The position numbers and the translations under genes are program-made. The notes below the pieces were generated by a model. The model was not told the origin of the DNA. It ran no database searches and saw only the letters and a list, made by a program, of their open reading frames with translations. DNA of 64,000 nucleotides, taken from Pirellulales bacterium. GTDB taxonomy: Bacteria > Planctomycetota > Planctomycetia > Pirellulales > PALSA-1355. Positions 37,565 to 48,460 of the stretch are shown here, piece after piece. Every line of letters begins with the position of its first letter. Position 1 is the first letter of the stretch. The DNA is taken from assembly GCA_963733035.1 (NCBI GenBank), contig CAVTBU010000005.1, positions 832,001 through 896,000 on the forward strand. Reading direction: 5' to 3'.

Positions 37565-38377
37565 GTGAACTCTTCAAAGCAAAACTGGTTGCGCGTTGGG
37601 CTACTGGGCTCTCTGCTGACGATTCCCGGTCTGCTGACAGCTGCCGACCGCAGCGTGAAGAATCTGCGCAGGCCGAACCCGGACGATCGCACGGTTGAGA
37701 TGTTCGCGGCAATGGATTCAAAAGAGATCGAGGTCAAGCTGATTCCCAAGGATGACACGGAAGCTCGTGTCATCATCAAGAACAACACCCCCAAGCCGCT
37801 CAATGTCAAACTGCCCGACGCCTTTGGTGCCCGCCCCATCCTCGCGCAAGTTGGTGTCGGCGGCGGTGGCGGTGGCGGCCGTGGTGGTGCTGGCGGCGGA
37901 AATCAAAGCATGGGCGGCGGCATGGGCATGATGGGGGGCGGTATGATGGGCGGCGGCATGGGCATGATGAACATTGCGCCTGAGCAGGTGGGGCAGTTCA
38001 AAGTCCCAACCGTCTGCCTCGAACATGGCAAGAAAGAGCCGCGACCGCAGATTCCCTATGAAATCGTCAAGATCGAAGAAATCACGACGGATCCGGCCGT
38101 CAAGGAATTACTGACGGTGTTTGGCAAGAAACGTTTGAGCCAGCGAGCCACTCAGGCTGCCGCATGGCACTTGGCCAACGGCATGAGTTGGCAGGAACTG
38201 GCCGCCAAGCGCATCGAACACCTCAACGGTGCCAGCGAGTCTTGGTTCTCACCACAAGAGATTCGGGCGGGTATGCAATTTGCCACGTTTGCCAGTGCAC
38301 TTGCAGCCCAGAATGCAAGCGAGACCCCTAGCGAGAACAAGGGAGTCTCGCTCTTCCAAAGGGTGGGCGAAGAGTAA
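37565..38377 (+). CDS. Secreted hypothetical protein with Gly/Met-rich insert and CLEHGK motif
   Basis: GGAGG SD before GTG; signal peptide; VCLEHGKKEP, QAAAWHLANG. Confidence 0.75.
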   Translation: MNSSKQNWLRVGLLGSLLTIPGLLTAADRSVKNLRRPNPDDRTVEMFAAMDSKEIEVKLIPKDDTEARVIIKNNTPKPLNVKLPDAFGARPILAQVGVGGGGGGGRGGAGGGNQSMGGGMGMMGGGMMGGGMGMMNIAPEQVGQFKVPTVCLEHGKKEPRPQIPYEIVKIEEITTDPAVKELLTVFGKKRLSQRATQAAAWHLANGMSWQELAAKRIEHLNGASESWFSPQEIRAGMQFATFASALAAQNASETPSENKGVSLFQRVGEE

Positions 38378-38391
38378 GCGCGTCTGCTCGT

Positions 38392-39647
38392 TTAAGCAGC
38401 CGTGACGCTACCTTCAACTCCGCCCCGGCGTAGGAGCCGGCGGATTTCCTGCTCCAGGCGGAAGCGTTCGCTCTGCCACTGGGCTTTCTCTGCCTCGAGT
38501 GCGCTGCGCTGCTCGTCCAGTTGCCGCTCGCGGCCACTGAGGGTCCGGGCATAGCGTTCGAATTCGCGCAGACGTGCGGTAGCCCAGGATTGTGTTTCGG
38601 CCCGCTGCCCGGCGATCTTCCGATACTGCTCTGCAACACGTTCGGCCAGTTGCTTGATATCCGCCCGCTCTTTGGCGAGATCCGCCTTGGCGAGGCGAAA
38701 CTCATCGGCCAGCTTCAAGCGGATTTTTCCCAGTGATTGAGTCAGACTGGCCGGTGACTGGTCGCCGCTTAGATGCGACCAGAGTTCCTCTGTCGCCAGC
38801 CGCATCTCCAGCGTTTCCTGCTGCACTCGGACGACGTCCGATCGCAACGTCTCGAGAGCCGCCAAGCGACTGGTCAACTCGACTTCCTGGCGTTTCAAGT
38901 CGCGGTGCTGCTCACCGAGCGAGGCGTTGGCCCGGCACCGTTCCTCGGCCAGCTTAGACCGTTCACTCTCCACGTGCCGAGTGAAGGCGATTCGCTGCTC
39001 AGCCAACTCCCGCGATTTCTTCTGCCATTCGGCCTGTTGTTCAGCAAGGAGCCGCTCGGCACGTTCGAGGTTGGCACGGAAACTTTCAAGCGACGCTGAA
39101 GTCCCCTTCGTATCATCAGTCGAGCCGAACCTTCGACCGAGCCGCTCGGCAGCCGCCGCGAGTTCCGCTTCGCGCCGATCAAGTTCCGCGGCCCGTTCGT
39201 CGAGGGCAACGTCGTCGCCACTCCGACGAGCCGTTCGCAAGTTCGTTTTGGTCCCGTCGGGAGCATCGGCCGCTTGCGTCAGTCGTTGCTCACGGCGCGT
39301 GAGTTCTGCTTCGCGCTGAGCTAGTTCCGCCTGACGTTCGTCGAGCCACAAGCGAGCCGTTCGGATCTGATTTTCCATCGCGGCAACGCGAGCGTTCAGC
39401 TCTGCTTCGCGATGGTCGAGCGTGGCTTGCTGTCGCTGCAGGTGTGTGGCGAGCTGGGCGGCCTGCAAGCGAATCTGGCCAGCCGTAACGTCCGGTCCGG
39501 TTTCGACAGCGGCCACGGGCGTCCGTTCGCAACCTGACGAGTCGGCTTCCCGCGGCTTTTCGTCCGCGCGCCGTGGGCCGGATCGACGCGAGTCGCCGGT
39601 CGCGACGCATCGTCAGGGCCATCATTGTGCGAGACGTCTGAAGCCAT
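38392..39647 (-). CDS. Long coiled-coil protein; probable frameshift at about 39568 (otherwise GTG start at 39516)
   Basis: Heptad E/R/Q/L-rich ORF. The frame is open upstream of 39516 and can join the ATG-39647 frame at a GCGCGC. Confidence 0.65.
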
Positions 39648-39883
39648 GGTATTTCGAGTCAGCGGCCGGATCTTGCGACGTGTGTGTTCCTTGAAACCTC
39701 CTGGGTTTCCACATCGTGAGTCTTAACCGTCAAAGTTTACCCAAGCGCATTATTCGGCTGCGGAACCGGCTGAAGTTGAGCCCAATGCCTCGTCGTGCGC
39801 ATGACAGCAGTGCCAGCAGCGCAAGAAAAGACCTCGCAGGAAACCCGCGAGGTCAAAACGGCCATTGGAAGCGATGCGTTGGC

Positions 39884-40210
39884 CTATCCCTTGGCGGCGT
39901 CAAGCGCCTGTTGCAGTTTGGCTTTGGGCTGCACACCGACAAAGCGATCGACCACTTCCCCCTTGTTAAAAAGCAGAATGGTGGGAATGTTCATCACGTT
40001 ATACGCCTGGGCCGGCCCCGGGTTGTCGTCGATGTTCACCTTGCCCACTTTCACAGAGCCGCTGTACTCGCTGGCAAGCTCTTCGATTACTGGACCGATC
40101 ATGCGACACGGGCCACACCAGGGAGCCCAAAAGTCTACAAGCACGGGCTCATTGGCCTGCAAGACTTCCTGTTGGAAGTTTGCGTCGGTAAACTCAGTGG
40201 CGTTCCCCAT
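39884..40210 (-). CDS. trxA: Thioredoxin
   Basis: VDFWAPWCGPC, IPT. Confidence 0.97.
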   Translation of the reverse strand: MGNATEFTDANFQQEVLQANEPVLVDFWAPWCGPCRMIGPVIEELASEYSGSVKVGKVNIDDNPGPAQAYNVMNIPTILLFNKGEVVDRFVGVQPKAKLQQALDAAKG

Positions 40211-40472
40211 GTTTCGACTTCTCCTGCGGTATTCGAACGACTAGTCCGTTGGCGAGCCCCTTTGGCTCACAATAAAACTAGCCCCCACCAAACCAATCGG
40301 CCCCCGAGGCATCCTGACGTGAAGCCTCCGGGGCCTTGTGCAGAATTATAGGGGGGTGATAGCGAGTGTCAACGAATGCCCGCTTCGGGTGGCAGGCTCG
40401 TCCATATTTCGCATCTGGCCAAACCAGTCGATTGGCCCGGCCACTCAAATTTCCCGCCACGGAGCGACGGCC

Positions 40473-40886
40473 ATGCCCTTTGAAACTTTTGAACACACTG
40501 CCGATCTGGGCTTGCGCATCTGGGCCGACAATCTGAACGCGCTTTTTGCCGACGCGGGGCGAGCGCTGTTCTCGTTGATCGTGCCAGACCGGGACAGCGT
40601 CCGGCCGACAGAGTCGTTCTCCTTCGAACTTGCGGACGAGGAGATCGAGCTTCTGCTTTTCGACTGGCTCAACGAGTTGCTCTACACCTACGAGGTCCGC
40701 CATTTGCTACTGGCGGACTTCGAGGTGCGTGTCCGCAAAGACGGCCTCACGGCGACCGCGCGAGGCGAAACGGTCGAACCGCAACGACACATTCTCGATC
40801 ATGAGGTCAAGGCAATTACGTACCACGGCCTAAAACTCGAGCGACAAGCGAACCTTTGGCGTGCCGAGGTGATCGTCGATATCTAG
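40473..40886 (+). CDS. Archease
   Basis: EHTADLG, WLNELLY, EVKAITYH, terminal VDI. Confidence 0.93.
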   Translation: MPFETFEHTADLGLRIWADNLNALFADAGRALFSLIVPDRDSVRPTESFSFELADEEIELLLFDWLNELLYTYEVRHLLLADFEVRVRKDGLTATARGETVEPQRHILDHEVKAITYHGLKLERQANLWRAEVIVDI

Positions 40887-40917
40887 CTTCACATAACACA
40901 CCGCTCAGGTGCCTCCA

Positions 40918-42380
40918 ATGGCTAAGCAGCGATTCACCGGACCGCTCGAACGCATCGACGATACTTCATGGCGTATTCCCAAAAGCTATCGCGAAGGAAT
41001 GCGCGTCGACGGCGTGATCTACGCCAACGACGCGCTGATTGAGTCCATCCGCCAGGACCAGGCCCTTGAACAAGTGGCGAACGTTGCCTTCTTGCCGGGT
41101 ATTCAAACGGCAAGCCTGGCGATGCCCGACATACACTGGGGCTATGGCTTCTGCATTGGCGGCGTCTGCGCCACGGATCCGAATGAAGGCGGCGTGATCT
41201 CGCCAGGAGGCGTCGGCTATGACATCAACTGCGGCGTGCGGCTTGTGCGCTCGAATCTCACGCGACGCGACGTCGAGCCGCACCTGACCAGGCTCGTAGA
41301 CGAACTCTACAAACAAGTACCGACCGGTACCGGTCGAGGCGGCAAGTATCGATTCACTCCAACCGAGCTCCGCCGTTTGATGGGCGAGGGTGTGAACTTT
41401 CTGGTCGACCGTGGCCTGGCCGTGGACAGCGATTTGGAGCATACAGAGGCCCGTGGCAAGCTCGCTGGTGCCCAGCCCGACTTCGTGAGCGACCGCGCAC
41501 TCCAGCGGGGTTATGACCAGTGCGGCTCGTTGGGGTCAGGAAACCACTTTCTTGAAGTGCAAGTGGTGGACTCGATTCATGATGAAGCGGCTGCCCAGGC
41601 CATGGGACTGGTTCGCGAGATGGTGGTCGTACTAATCCATTCCGGATCGCGCGGTCTGGGATACCAGGTTTGCGACGATGCCTTGAAGACGCTGCGGCAC
41701 GCGCCCGAGAAATACGGCATCAAGTTACCCGATCGACAGCTGGTATGCGCGCAATCGAGAGCCCCGAAGGACAGCAATACATCGGTGCCATGTGCGCCGC
41801 GGCAAACTTCGCCTGGTGCAACCGCCAACTCCTGATGTGGCAAACTCGCGAGTGTTTCGAATCGATCTTTCATCGTTCCTGGCAGGAAATGAGCATGGAC
41901 CTCGTCTACGATGTCGCACACAACATCGCCAAGTTCGAAGAGCACCAGGTCAACGGTCAACGCAAACGAGTGTGGGTACATCGGAAGGGAGCAACACGAG
42001 CCTTTCCCGCCAATCATCCCGAGACGCCGGAGGCCTATCGTGCCATCGGTCAGCCCGTAATCATTCCCGGCGATATGGGCCGTGCAAGCTGGGTGCTTGT
42101 CGGCCAGGATGGCAGCATGCGGCAAACCTTCGGCTCGGCCTGCCACGGCGCCGGTCGCGTCATGAGCCGTACCGCCGCGATCAAGTATGCGCAAGGTCGT
42201 CAGATCGACCGGGAATTGGCCGAACAGGGAGTCGTTGCCCGGGCCCGCAGCTGGAAGGGGCTGGCTGAAGAACAACCCGACGCGTACAAGAATGTCGACT
42301 TGGTTGTGGAGGTAGTCCATCAGGCGCAGTTGGCCAAGAAGGTGGCTCGCTTGCGCCCTATCGGAGTGATCAAAGGGTAG
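40918..42380 (+). CDS. rtcB: RNA-splicing ligase RtcB; frameshift at about 41752
   Basis: MPDIHWGYGF, GYDINCG, GSGNHFLE, HSGSRG, HNIAK, VHRKGATR, HGAGR, EE.P.AYK. Confidence 0.93.
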
Positions 42381-42493
42381 TTCAGCGAAACGACCGCTCC
42401 GCGCACGCGCCGATTGCCAAAACGCCGCTGATGCAAAGAATTTCAGCGATCGCCTTCTTGGCATCGTTAGCACGACGAGCCACCCTGGACGAA

Positions 42494-44305
42494 TTAGCGG
42501 TTGACCGCCGTGCTGGTTCGCCCAGCTGTTTCGACGTAGAGCGGCAGATAGCGGTAGTAGACCTCCAGGCACAACGTGCACAGGGAAGTGCTATACACCC
42601 GGCCGCCACATCGCCCCCAAACGGGATCCGGATCCCAACTGCCCGCCCACGAACCGTCGAGTCGTTGGCTCGCAAGCAGCGTGTTTTGCAGCGATTCGTT
42701 CCACCGTCGCCACGGTTCTCCGCCGGCCTGATGGAGCGCAAGCGTCGCGTAGTACCAGTAGTAATGATTGGAATGCCCCGTCCCCGGAGTTTCCCGAAGC
42801 AGAAATTCGCACGCTTCACCCACCGTTTCCGGTCGATCGTCGACACCGAGGAATTGTCGGCAAGCCAACGCTTCGGCCGTCATCGAGCGCGTCGCGATCG
42901 GACGTGTTGGCTGATAGCATGCTAAGCCGCCACTTCGCCCGGACGCCACGCTGCGTAAGAACCGTTCCATGTTAGAGCGTGTTTCGCGGGGTATTGCCAG
43001 CCCTCCCAATTCAGCACTCTTGAGCGCCATTACCTGCCAACCGAGTTGGCTTGTGTCGCCAGGTTGACCAATCTGGTAGCGCCAACTTCCGCTGGCTCGG
43101 TCCTGCATACGAATCGTGTACTGGATGGCGGAACGCAGCGCGGGAAGGATCCGCTGGTCGCGCGTCATTGCGTACGCCTCGCTGAGCGCGCAGCAAGCCA
43201 TGGCGTGACAATACATCCGCTCGTAGAGATTGTCAGTGGCCCCCAAATTGCCCGTGGCGTCCTGCGATGCCAGCAGAAATTCGAGTCCGCGGCGGACATT
43301 GTCGCGATAAGCTCCCTGCAAATGCGTATGACCGGATGCCAAAAAGGTGAGCAGTGCCAGCCCGGTGAGACCCGTGTCGGCATGCGCGCCAGCAGACTGC
43401 CGCTCCTCGCCGTCGGCCGCGCGTCCAGTCCCGGCCTCCAGGCGTCGCGGGTCCCAGCGTCCGTTCGAATCCTGGTTCGCGGCCAACCAGCGCAGCGACG
43501 CCCGCACCGCAGCCTCGGTTTCCTTGGTCGCTCCGTTCGCTGTCGGCCCCAGGTGATTGCCGGTGCGACCTTGGTATATCTTTGGCACCGGAACCTGCTC
43601 GTTCGATTGCTTGCCGGCAAGTTCGCCTGATTGAGCGGAGCCGCTTTCGCCGCTTGGCCGCGGGGTCTCGGTAGCATCACCGCGGGGATTATTGTCCGGA
43701 GGTGGCACCAACGGTTCGGCCGGTCGCTCGGGCGGAGGCACGAGGTCGGGACTTTCTGCGTCCTCCGTAGGAAGCTCGGTCGGCTCGGGTCGCGGCCGCG
43801 GCCGTACCAAGGGCTCGTCGCGTGCGACCAACTCGGGTGCAGGCGCCTCGTCGGTAGTCGGCCGTTCGGGAAGGTTGGTGAGCGTCGACACGGCGGGCTC
43901 TTCCGGCAGTACGCGCTTCGGCTCCGCGACCTCTCCGAGCGGAGGCACTTCCGTTGTAGGCGAAAGGTCAACAACGTCGAGCGGAGTGACCGTCGCGGGA
44001 GCAATCGCGTTCCATCGCTCGGGTGAAAATGCCTCATCGAGCGGTTCGTCGGATGAGCCAGCGACGAGCGCCACGTGAACTCCACCGGTATTCGGAGAGT
44101 CGACGGGGGCTGTAACGATGTTGACCGTCGTCATGTAAATCGCAAGTAGCAGATGCGCTAGGAGCGACAGTACGACGCATTTACCAAGCGGCTGCTGCCC
44201 CCAGCGCGTGCGGATGAGCAGCAACAGGGCGACGGTGAGCAGAACGAGACCACCCCAGACAGCCCAGCGAGCAAGCTGCGCGTCCCACCAGAGGGCGATA
44301 ATCAT
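42494..44305 (-). CDS. Membrane-anchored protein: TonB-like TM helix, Pro-rich linker and prenyltransferase/squalene-oxidase-repeat barrel
   Basis: Two N-terminal TM helices (SLLAH), about 170-aa Pro/Glu/Thr-rich stretch, Q...G.W repeats, YYWYY, LEVYYRYLP. Confidence 0.85.
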   Translation of the reverse strand: MIIALWWDAQLARWAVWGGLVLLTVALLLLIRTRWGQQPLGKCVVLSLLAHLLLAIYMTTVNIVTAPVDSPNTGGVHVALVAGSSDEPLDEAFSPERWNAIAPATVTPLDVVDLSPTTEVPPLGEVAEPKRVLPEEPAVSTLTNLPERPTTDEAPAPELVARDEPLVRPRPRPEPTELPTEDAESPDLVPPPERPAEPLVPPPDNNPRGDATETPRPSGESGSAQSGELAGKQSNEQVPVPKIYQGRTGNHLGPTANGATKETEAAVRASLRWLAANQDSNGRWDPRRLEAGTGRAADGEERQSAGAHADTGLTGLALLTFLASGHTHLQGAYRDNVRRGLEFLLASQDATGNLGATDNLYERMYCHAMACCALSEAYAMTRDQRILPALRSAIQYTIRMQDRASGSWRYQIGQPGDTSQLGWQVMALKSAELGGLAIPRETRSNMERFLRSVASGRSGGLACYQPTRPIATRSMTAEALACRQFLGVDDRPETVGEACEFLLRETPGTGHSNHYYWYYATLALHQAGGEPWRRWNESLQNTLLASQRLDGSWAGSWDPDPVWGRCGGRVYSTSLCTLCLEVYYRYLPLYVETAGRTSTAVNR

Positions 44306-44309
44306 GGGG

Positions 44310-44744
44310 TTAGCGACGTGCATGCGTGCTCTTGGCATCAGCGATTTCGACGGAGATCGCCAGATCGGCGATACCGGCCTGCTTGCAGACGTTGAGTACG
44401 TTCGCCACCCGTTCAAAAGGAGCCGTGCCGTCTCCTCTCACCAGCACTCCCAGGGCGTGGTACTGTGCATGTGCCGCGGACAGTTGTGTCTTCAATTCAT
44501 CGAGGTTGACGTTCTTGTGATCGAGCGTAATTTGTCCGTCACGGTAGACGTTTACGACCTTCTTCTCCGGCGCGGCGGACAGAGCATCGTTCGGACCGAC
44601 CTGCGGCAGCTTTAGTTCGATTTGTCGTTCGGCTTCGATGAATTTCGTGCCGATTACAAAGAAAATGATCAACAGGAACAGGACGTCGATCATCGACGTC
44701 AAGTTCAACGTGGGCATTTCTTCAACCTGACTTCGAATCGGCAT
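44310..44744 (-). CDS. exbD: Biopolymer transporter ExbD/TolR
   Basis: NLTSMIDVLFLLIIFF with conserved Asp; VRGDG. Confidence 0.92.
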   Translation of the reverse strand: MPIRSQVEEMPTLNLTSMIDVLFLLIIFFVIGTKFIEAERQIELKLPQVGPNDALSAAPEKKVVNVYRDGQITLDHKNVNLDELKTQLSAAHAQYHALGVLVRGDGTAPFERVANVLNVCKQAGIADLAISVEIADAKSTHARR

Positions 44745-44783
44745 GGTGAAACTCGGTGCGAGGAAACGGAATTGAACGGGTGT

Positions 44784-45662
44784 CTAAGCGGCGGCCGGCG
44801 GACGCCCTTTCTGACGGCCTCGCCGATCTTCGTGCAGCGCTTCCGCGGAGATCAGCCCAGCCAACTCCTGGGCCAGCGAATCGATGGCCATCAGCAATCT
44901 CTCCACGCGGCCGAGGAAATAGAGGTGAATCAGCAGCGCTGGGATGGCTAGTAGCAGGCCGGCGGCGGTCGTCAGCAAGGCTTCGCTGATCCCGGCGGCC
45001 AGCAGTTCCGTGCGCCCCATGGCATCGGCGCTGGAAATGGCGTCGAACAGACGAATCATGCCCACAACCGTTCCCAACAAGCCCAGCAGGGGACTGATCG
45101 TGGCCACCGCGCTGAACAGTCGGGTGTAACGCCGCAGTCCCGGTGTAACGCGGTCTTCCGCATCAATGATGGTTTGTTCGATTTCGACCGAAGGACGGCC
45201 CCATTTTTTGACCACGGCCGCAAACACTTCGGATACGGGGCTGCTGCTCTCGTCACACAGGGCAAGGGCACCGTCGCGGTCGAGTTTGCCTTCGCTGACC
45301 TGATGCAGGAACCGCTTGACGTACGGGCGCGGAATGACGCGGCCGCCACGAAGGCTGATGGCGCGTTCGAACAGGAATACGAGCGTGAAGAACGAGCACA
45401 CCAGCAGCGGGATCATCATCACGCCGCCGCTTCGAATGATCTCGAAGAGGCTCTTATAGGATGTTGCTGAGTCGATTGCCGGGGAGTCCCCGAGCGACGC
45501 GGCCTCAGCCGAAGCCTGCGCCGGCGCATCTTGTGCGGAGGAGGTTGTCCACGTTGATCCGGCCAACGCCAAAAACAATATGCACCTGAAGATCAGGCTC
45601 CCAACCTTTGAATTACCGGCGTGGAAATGGTGCCGAGTTATTGCATCCATGCAAAGCCTCAC
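44784..45662 (-). CDS. exbB: MotA/TolQ/ExbB proton channel protein
   Basis: SPLLGLLGTVVGMI, GISEALLTTAAGL; start 45662 (overlaps the upstream stop) or 45650. Confidence 0.93.
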   Translation of the reverse strand: MRLCMDAITRHHFHAGNSKVGSLIFRCILFLALAGSTWTTSSAQDAPAQASAEAASLGDSPAIDSATSYKSLFEIIRSGGVMMIPLLVCSFFTLVFLFERAISLRGGRVIPRPYVKRFLHQVSEGKLDRDGALALCDESSSPVSEVFAAVVKKWGRPSVEIEQTIIDAEDRVTPGLRRYTRLFSAVATISPLLGLLGTVVGMIRLFDAISSADAMGRTELLAAGISEALLTTAAGLLLAIPALLIHLYFLGRVERLLMAIDSLAQELAGLISAEALHEDRRGRQKGRPPAAA

Positions 45663-48460
45663 TTTCGCGCGGTAGGTCCACTCGCCAGTCGCTGTCGCAT
45701 GGCGACAAGTCGTCGGTTGGCTTCCGCATTGAGTTCGCTATCGGGGTATAGTTCGAGCAGTTTCTGATAAAAGTCGGCCGCCCGTTTCCATTGTCCTTGG
45801 GCCTGTTCGGCTTTGCCCGATTGCAAAAGGGCCGCCGCGTGCCAATGCGGGAAATGGCCGTCAACCTGTAGGTATTCGGCTAGTGCCTGTGGATATTTCT
45901 CTTGATGGAAGTAACTTTCGCCAAGCATCCAACGGGCCATGGCCGCTGTTTCACTGCCGACGGCCTCCGGAGCTTCGAGTGTTTTCTTGTACCACTGCCG
46001 TGCGGAGTCAAAATCGGCCTGGGCCGCATAGGCACGCCCAAGCAGATAATTTACCTCGTACTGCTCAGGGAAATTTGGAAAACGCGCGGCAATCTTCTCG
46101 GCAACGGCCAACGCCTCGTTCCAACGACGAAGTTGTGCAAGTGCTTGCGCGCGGCGTAGCTCCGCGGTCGGCAGCCAGGTGTCGTTCAGTTCGGCAGTTT
46201 TTTTCGCAAGCGCGTCGAGCCGACTGGCGGCCTGCTCAAAGTCTCCTTGCCGAAAGCTGGCCTCACCGAGCAGGTACTCCGCCGGAAGGGCAAGGTCGCT
46301 GTCTGCGTGTTCTTTCAACAGCTGCGTGAGGGGACGCTGAGCCGCCGTCCAGTGTCCGCTGGCCAGCTCCGTGCGCCCCTCCAGATAGAGCGCCTGCGGT
46401 CGGATCTCCAGGGGCGCGTCGGGACGCGTAACTTCTCGGAGCAATGTCTTTGCCGTTTCGAAATCGCTTTTCGCGATGGCCGCTTCTGCCAGGCGTAAAG
46501 TTGCATCACTCACGTACGGGCTCGCGGCAAACTCCGTCCGAAGACGGTTGAACAATTCGTTCGCAGCCGCAGGGTTTGACGTGAGTCGAAGGCAGGCGCT
46601 GCGGTAAATTGCTTCATCGAGACCGACAAACTCAGGGTGCGTTTCGATCAGCGTGGCGTAGCCACGACGGGCCTCGTCAAGCCGTCCCAGTTGTTCGTGC
46701 AAACGAGCGGCGCAGAGCATCGCCTCCGCGGCGCGTGGTGTGTCCGAATAGCGGTTTACGACCAGTTCGTACATGGCCATCGCTTCGTCAGGGTGATCAA
46801 GATGCTCTAGCGCTCGGCCGCGCATCAGCGCCGCTTCGGCAGCCAACGGATCACCGGGAGCTGCGTCGAGTACCTGCTGAAATGCATCGGCGGCCTCGGT
46901 CCACCGCCCGGCATTGAAGTAGTTCCAGGCCAGGCTCGATTGGGCCCGACTCGCGATTTTTGCCGACCCTTCGACGACGCCCGCGAGCAAGTCTTGGGCA
47001 AGCGGTTGCTGGCCCGCCAATTGCGCGAGTTCTCCGACGCGAAGCTTGGCTTCGTCGATGACTTCCCTGGCAGGGCTACTTTGGGCAAGCGTGGCCAGGG
47101 TCTTTCGTGCGTCGTCGAAGTTGCCCAGCTTCGCCTGGCAGATGGCGAGAATGCCTTGTGCCCGGGCGCGTAACTGATCGGCATCCGGGATTGTTGCCGG
47201 ATCGGCGTCCAGAAGCGAGCGGAGTTGTACGACCGCGTCGGCCGGCTTGTCGAGAAGGGCCAGGGCCTGGCCCTTGGCGAGCCTGGCTTGGTCGACGAGC
47301 GGACTGTCAGGAAACCGCTTCAGCAGATCTTCGGCCAGCTCTAGGCTTTCGGCGGCGTCTTTGTTTTCGACGGCAATCCGTAACTTGCCGAGCAGCGAGT
47401 CGTCTGCCCAGGCCGAGTCGGGATACCGTTGCAGCACGCGATCAAATGCTTCGCGCACGGCCTCGAAGTTGCCTGAGTGCAGCAGGGCATCGGCCGAATG
47501 AAAGTTCACGGCTGGAGCCAGCACATGCTGCGGATCCAACTTGGTTTGCGAGAGCGTTTCACTGGCAACCCGCCATTGTCCCTGGGCCGCCTGAGTCAGT
47601 GCCAAATAGTAAGATGCCTCAAGCTGCGTGGCCGGACTGGCAGCCAACGCAGTAAAGACTTGTTGGGCCTCTTGCGTTCGCCCCAGCTTGAGCATGGCGT
47701 ATCCGCGACCGAGATGGGCTTTGTCGATCAGTTCGCTCTGGGGAAACTGCCGGATGAAGTCGTCGAATGTCGCCAGCGCCGCGGGGTGTTCGCCCAGCAC
47801 GTTTTCGATGGCTCCGACCTGCAATAGTGCCGGCTCGGTGAGTTCTCCGCCCTGTTCCACCACATGCCGATAAGCAGTGAGAGCTTCCTTCGGCTCGCCC
47901 CGCATGTGATAAACTTGTGCTAGACCAAATTGTGATTCTGCGGCCATCGGACCATGGGGATAGCGCTCGAGAGAGGCTTCAAACCACTTTTGCGCGACAT
48001 TGGCTTGCTCCGCTTGAAGCGCCAACCCACCAAGATAGGCAAGCCCATAGGCGTTGAGCGGGTCGTCTGGATAGCGGTCTGCAAATGCGGTCAATTGGCG
48101 TTGGGCCTCGGCATCATCGCCGACCATGTAGGCCGCCTCACCGACACGGAACAGACATTGCTGCGAATGAGGCCCGGACGCGTCGAGTTCGAGGACTCGA
48201 GCGAAGTGCGGGCGGGCGTCGTTCCAACGTCCAAGTTGCACCAGCGCCTCACCGTAAAAGAATTGCATTTCACTTCGCCCGGCGGCCTGTGGGTCCGACT
48301 CGAACAGCCGCGCGAAGGCCTCGCACGCCTGCTCCCAGCGCCCGTTGCGATAGTGTCCAGCGGCAACGGCAAACAGACCGCTGTCGTCCGCGCGTACGCT
48401 GCCGCCTGCCATCGCGAAGAGCGTTAGCAATAGCAAGCATGACTGCCGGACGTTCCGCAT
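45659..48460 (-). CDS. Large secreted TPR-repeat protein (CpoB/YbgF-like repeats)
   Basis: Signal peptide; many TPR units ending in xxYPxS. Confidence 0.88.
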   Translation of the reverse strand: MRNVRQSCLLLLTLFAMAGGSVRADDSGLFAVAAGHYRNGRWEQACEAFARLFESDPQAAGRSEMQFFYGEALVQLGRWNDARPHFARVLELDASGPHSQQCLFRVGEAAYMVGDDAEAQRQLTAFADRYPDDPLNAYGLAYLGGLALQAEQANVAQKWFEASLERYPHGPMAAESQFGLAQVYHMRGEPKEALTAYRHVVEQGGELTEPALLQVGAIENVLGEHPAALATFDDFIRQFPQSELIDKAHLGRGYAMLKLGRTQEAQQVFTALAASPATQLEASYYLALTQAAQGQWRVASETLSQTKLDPQHVLAPAVNFHSADALLHSGNFEAVREAFDRVLQRYPDSAWADDSLLGKLRIAVENKDAAESLELAEDLLKRFPDSPLVDQARLAKGQALALLDKPADAVVQLRSLLDADPATIPDADQLRARAQGILAICQAKLGNFDDARKTLATLAQSSPAREVIDEAKLRVGELAQLAGQQPLAQDLLAGVVEGSAKIASRAQSSLAWNYFNAGRWTEAADAFQQVLDAAPGDPLAAEAALMRGRALEHLDHPDEAMAMYELVVNRYSDTPRAAEAMLCAARLHEQLGRLDEARRGYATLIETHPEFVGLDEAIYRSACLRLTSNPAAANELFNRLRTEFAASPYVSDATLRLAEAAIAKSDFETAKTLLREVTRPDAPLEIRPQALYLEGRTELASGHWTAAQRPLTQLLKEHADSDLALPAEYLLGEASFRQGDFEQAASRLDALAKKTAELNDTWLPTAELRRAQALAQLRRWNEALAVAEKIAARFPNFPEQYEVNYLLGRAYAAQADFDSARQWYKKTLEAPEAVGSETAAMARWMLGESYFHQEKYPQALAEYLQVDGHFPHWHAAALLQSGKAEQAQGQWKRAADFYQKLLELYPDSELNAEANRRLVAMRQRLASGPTARK

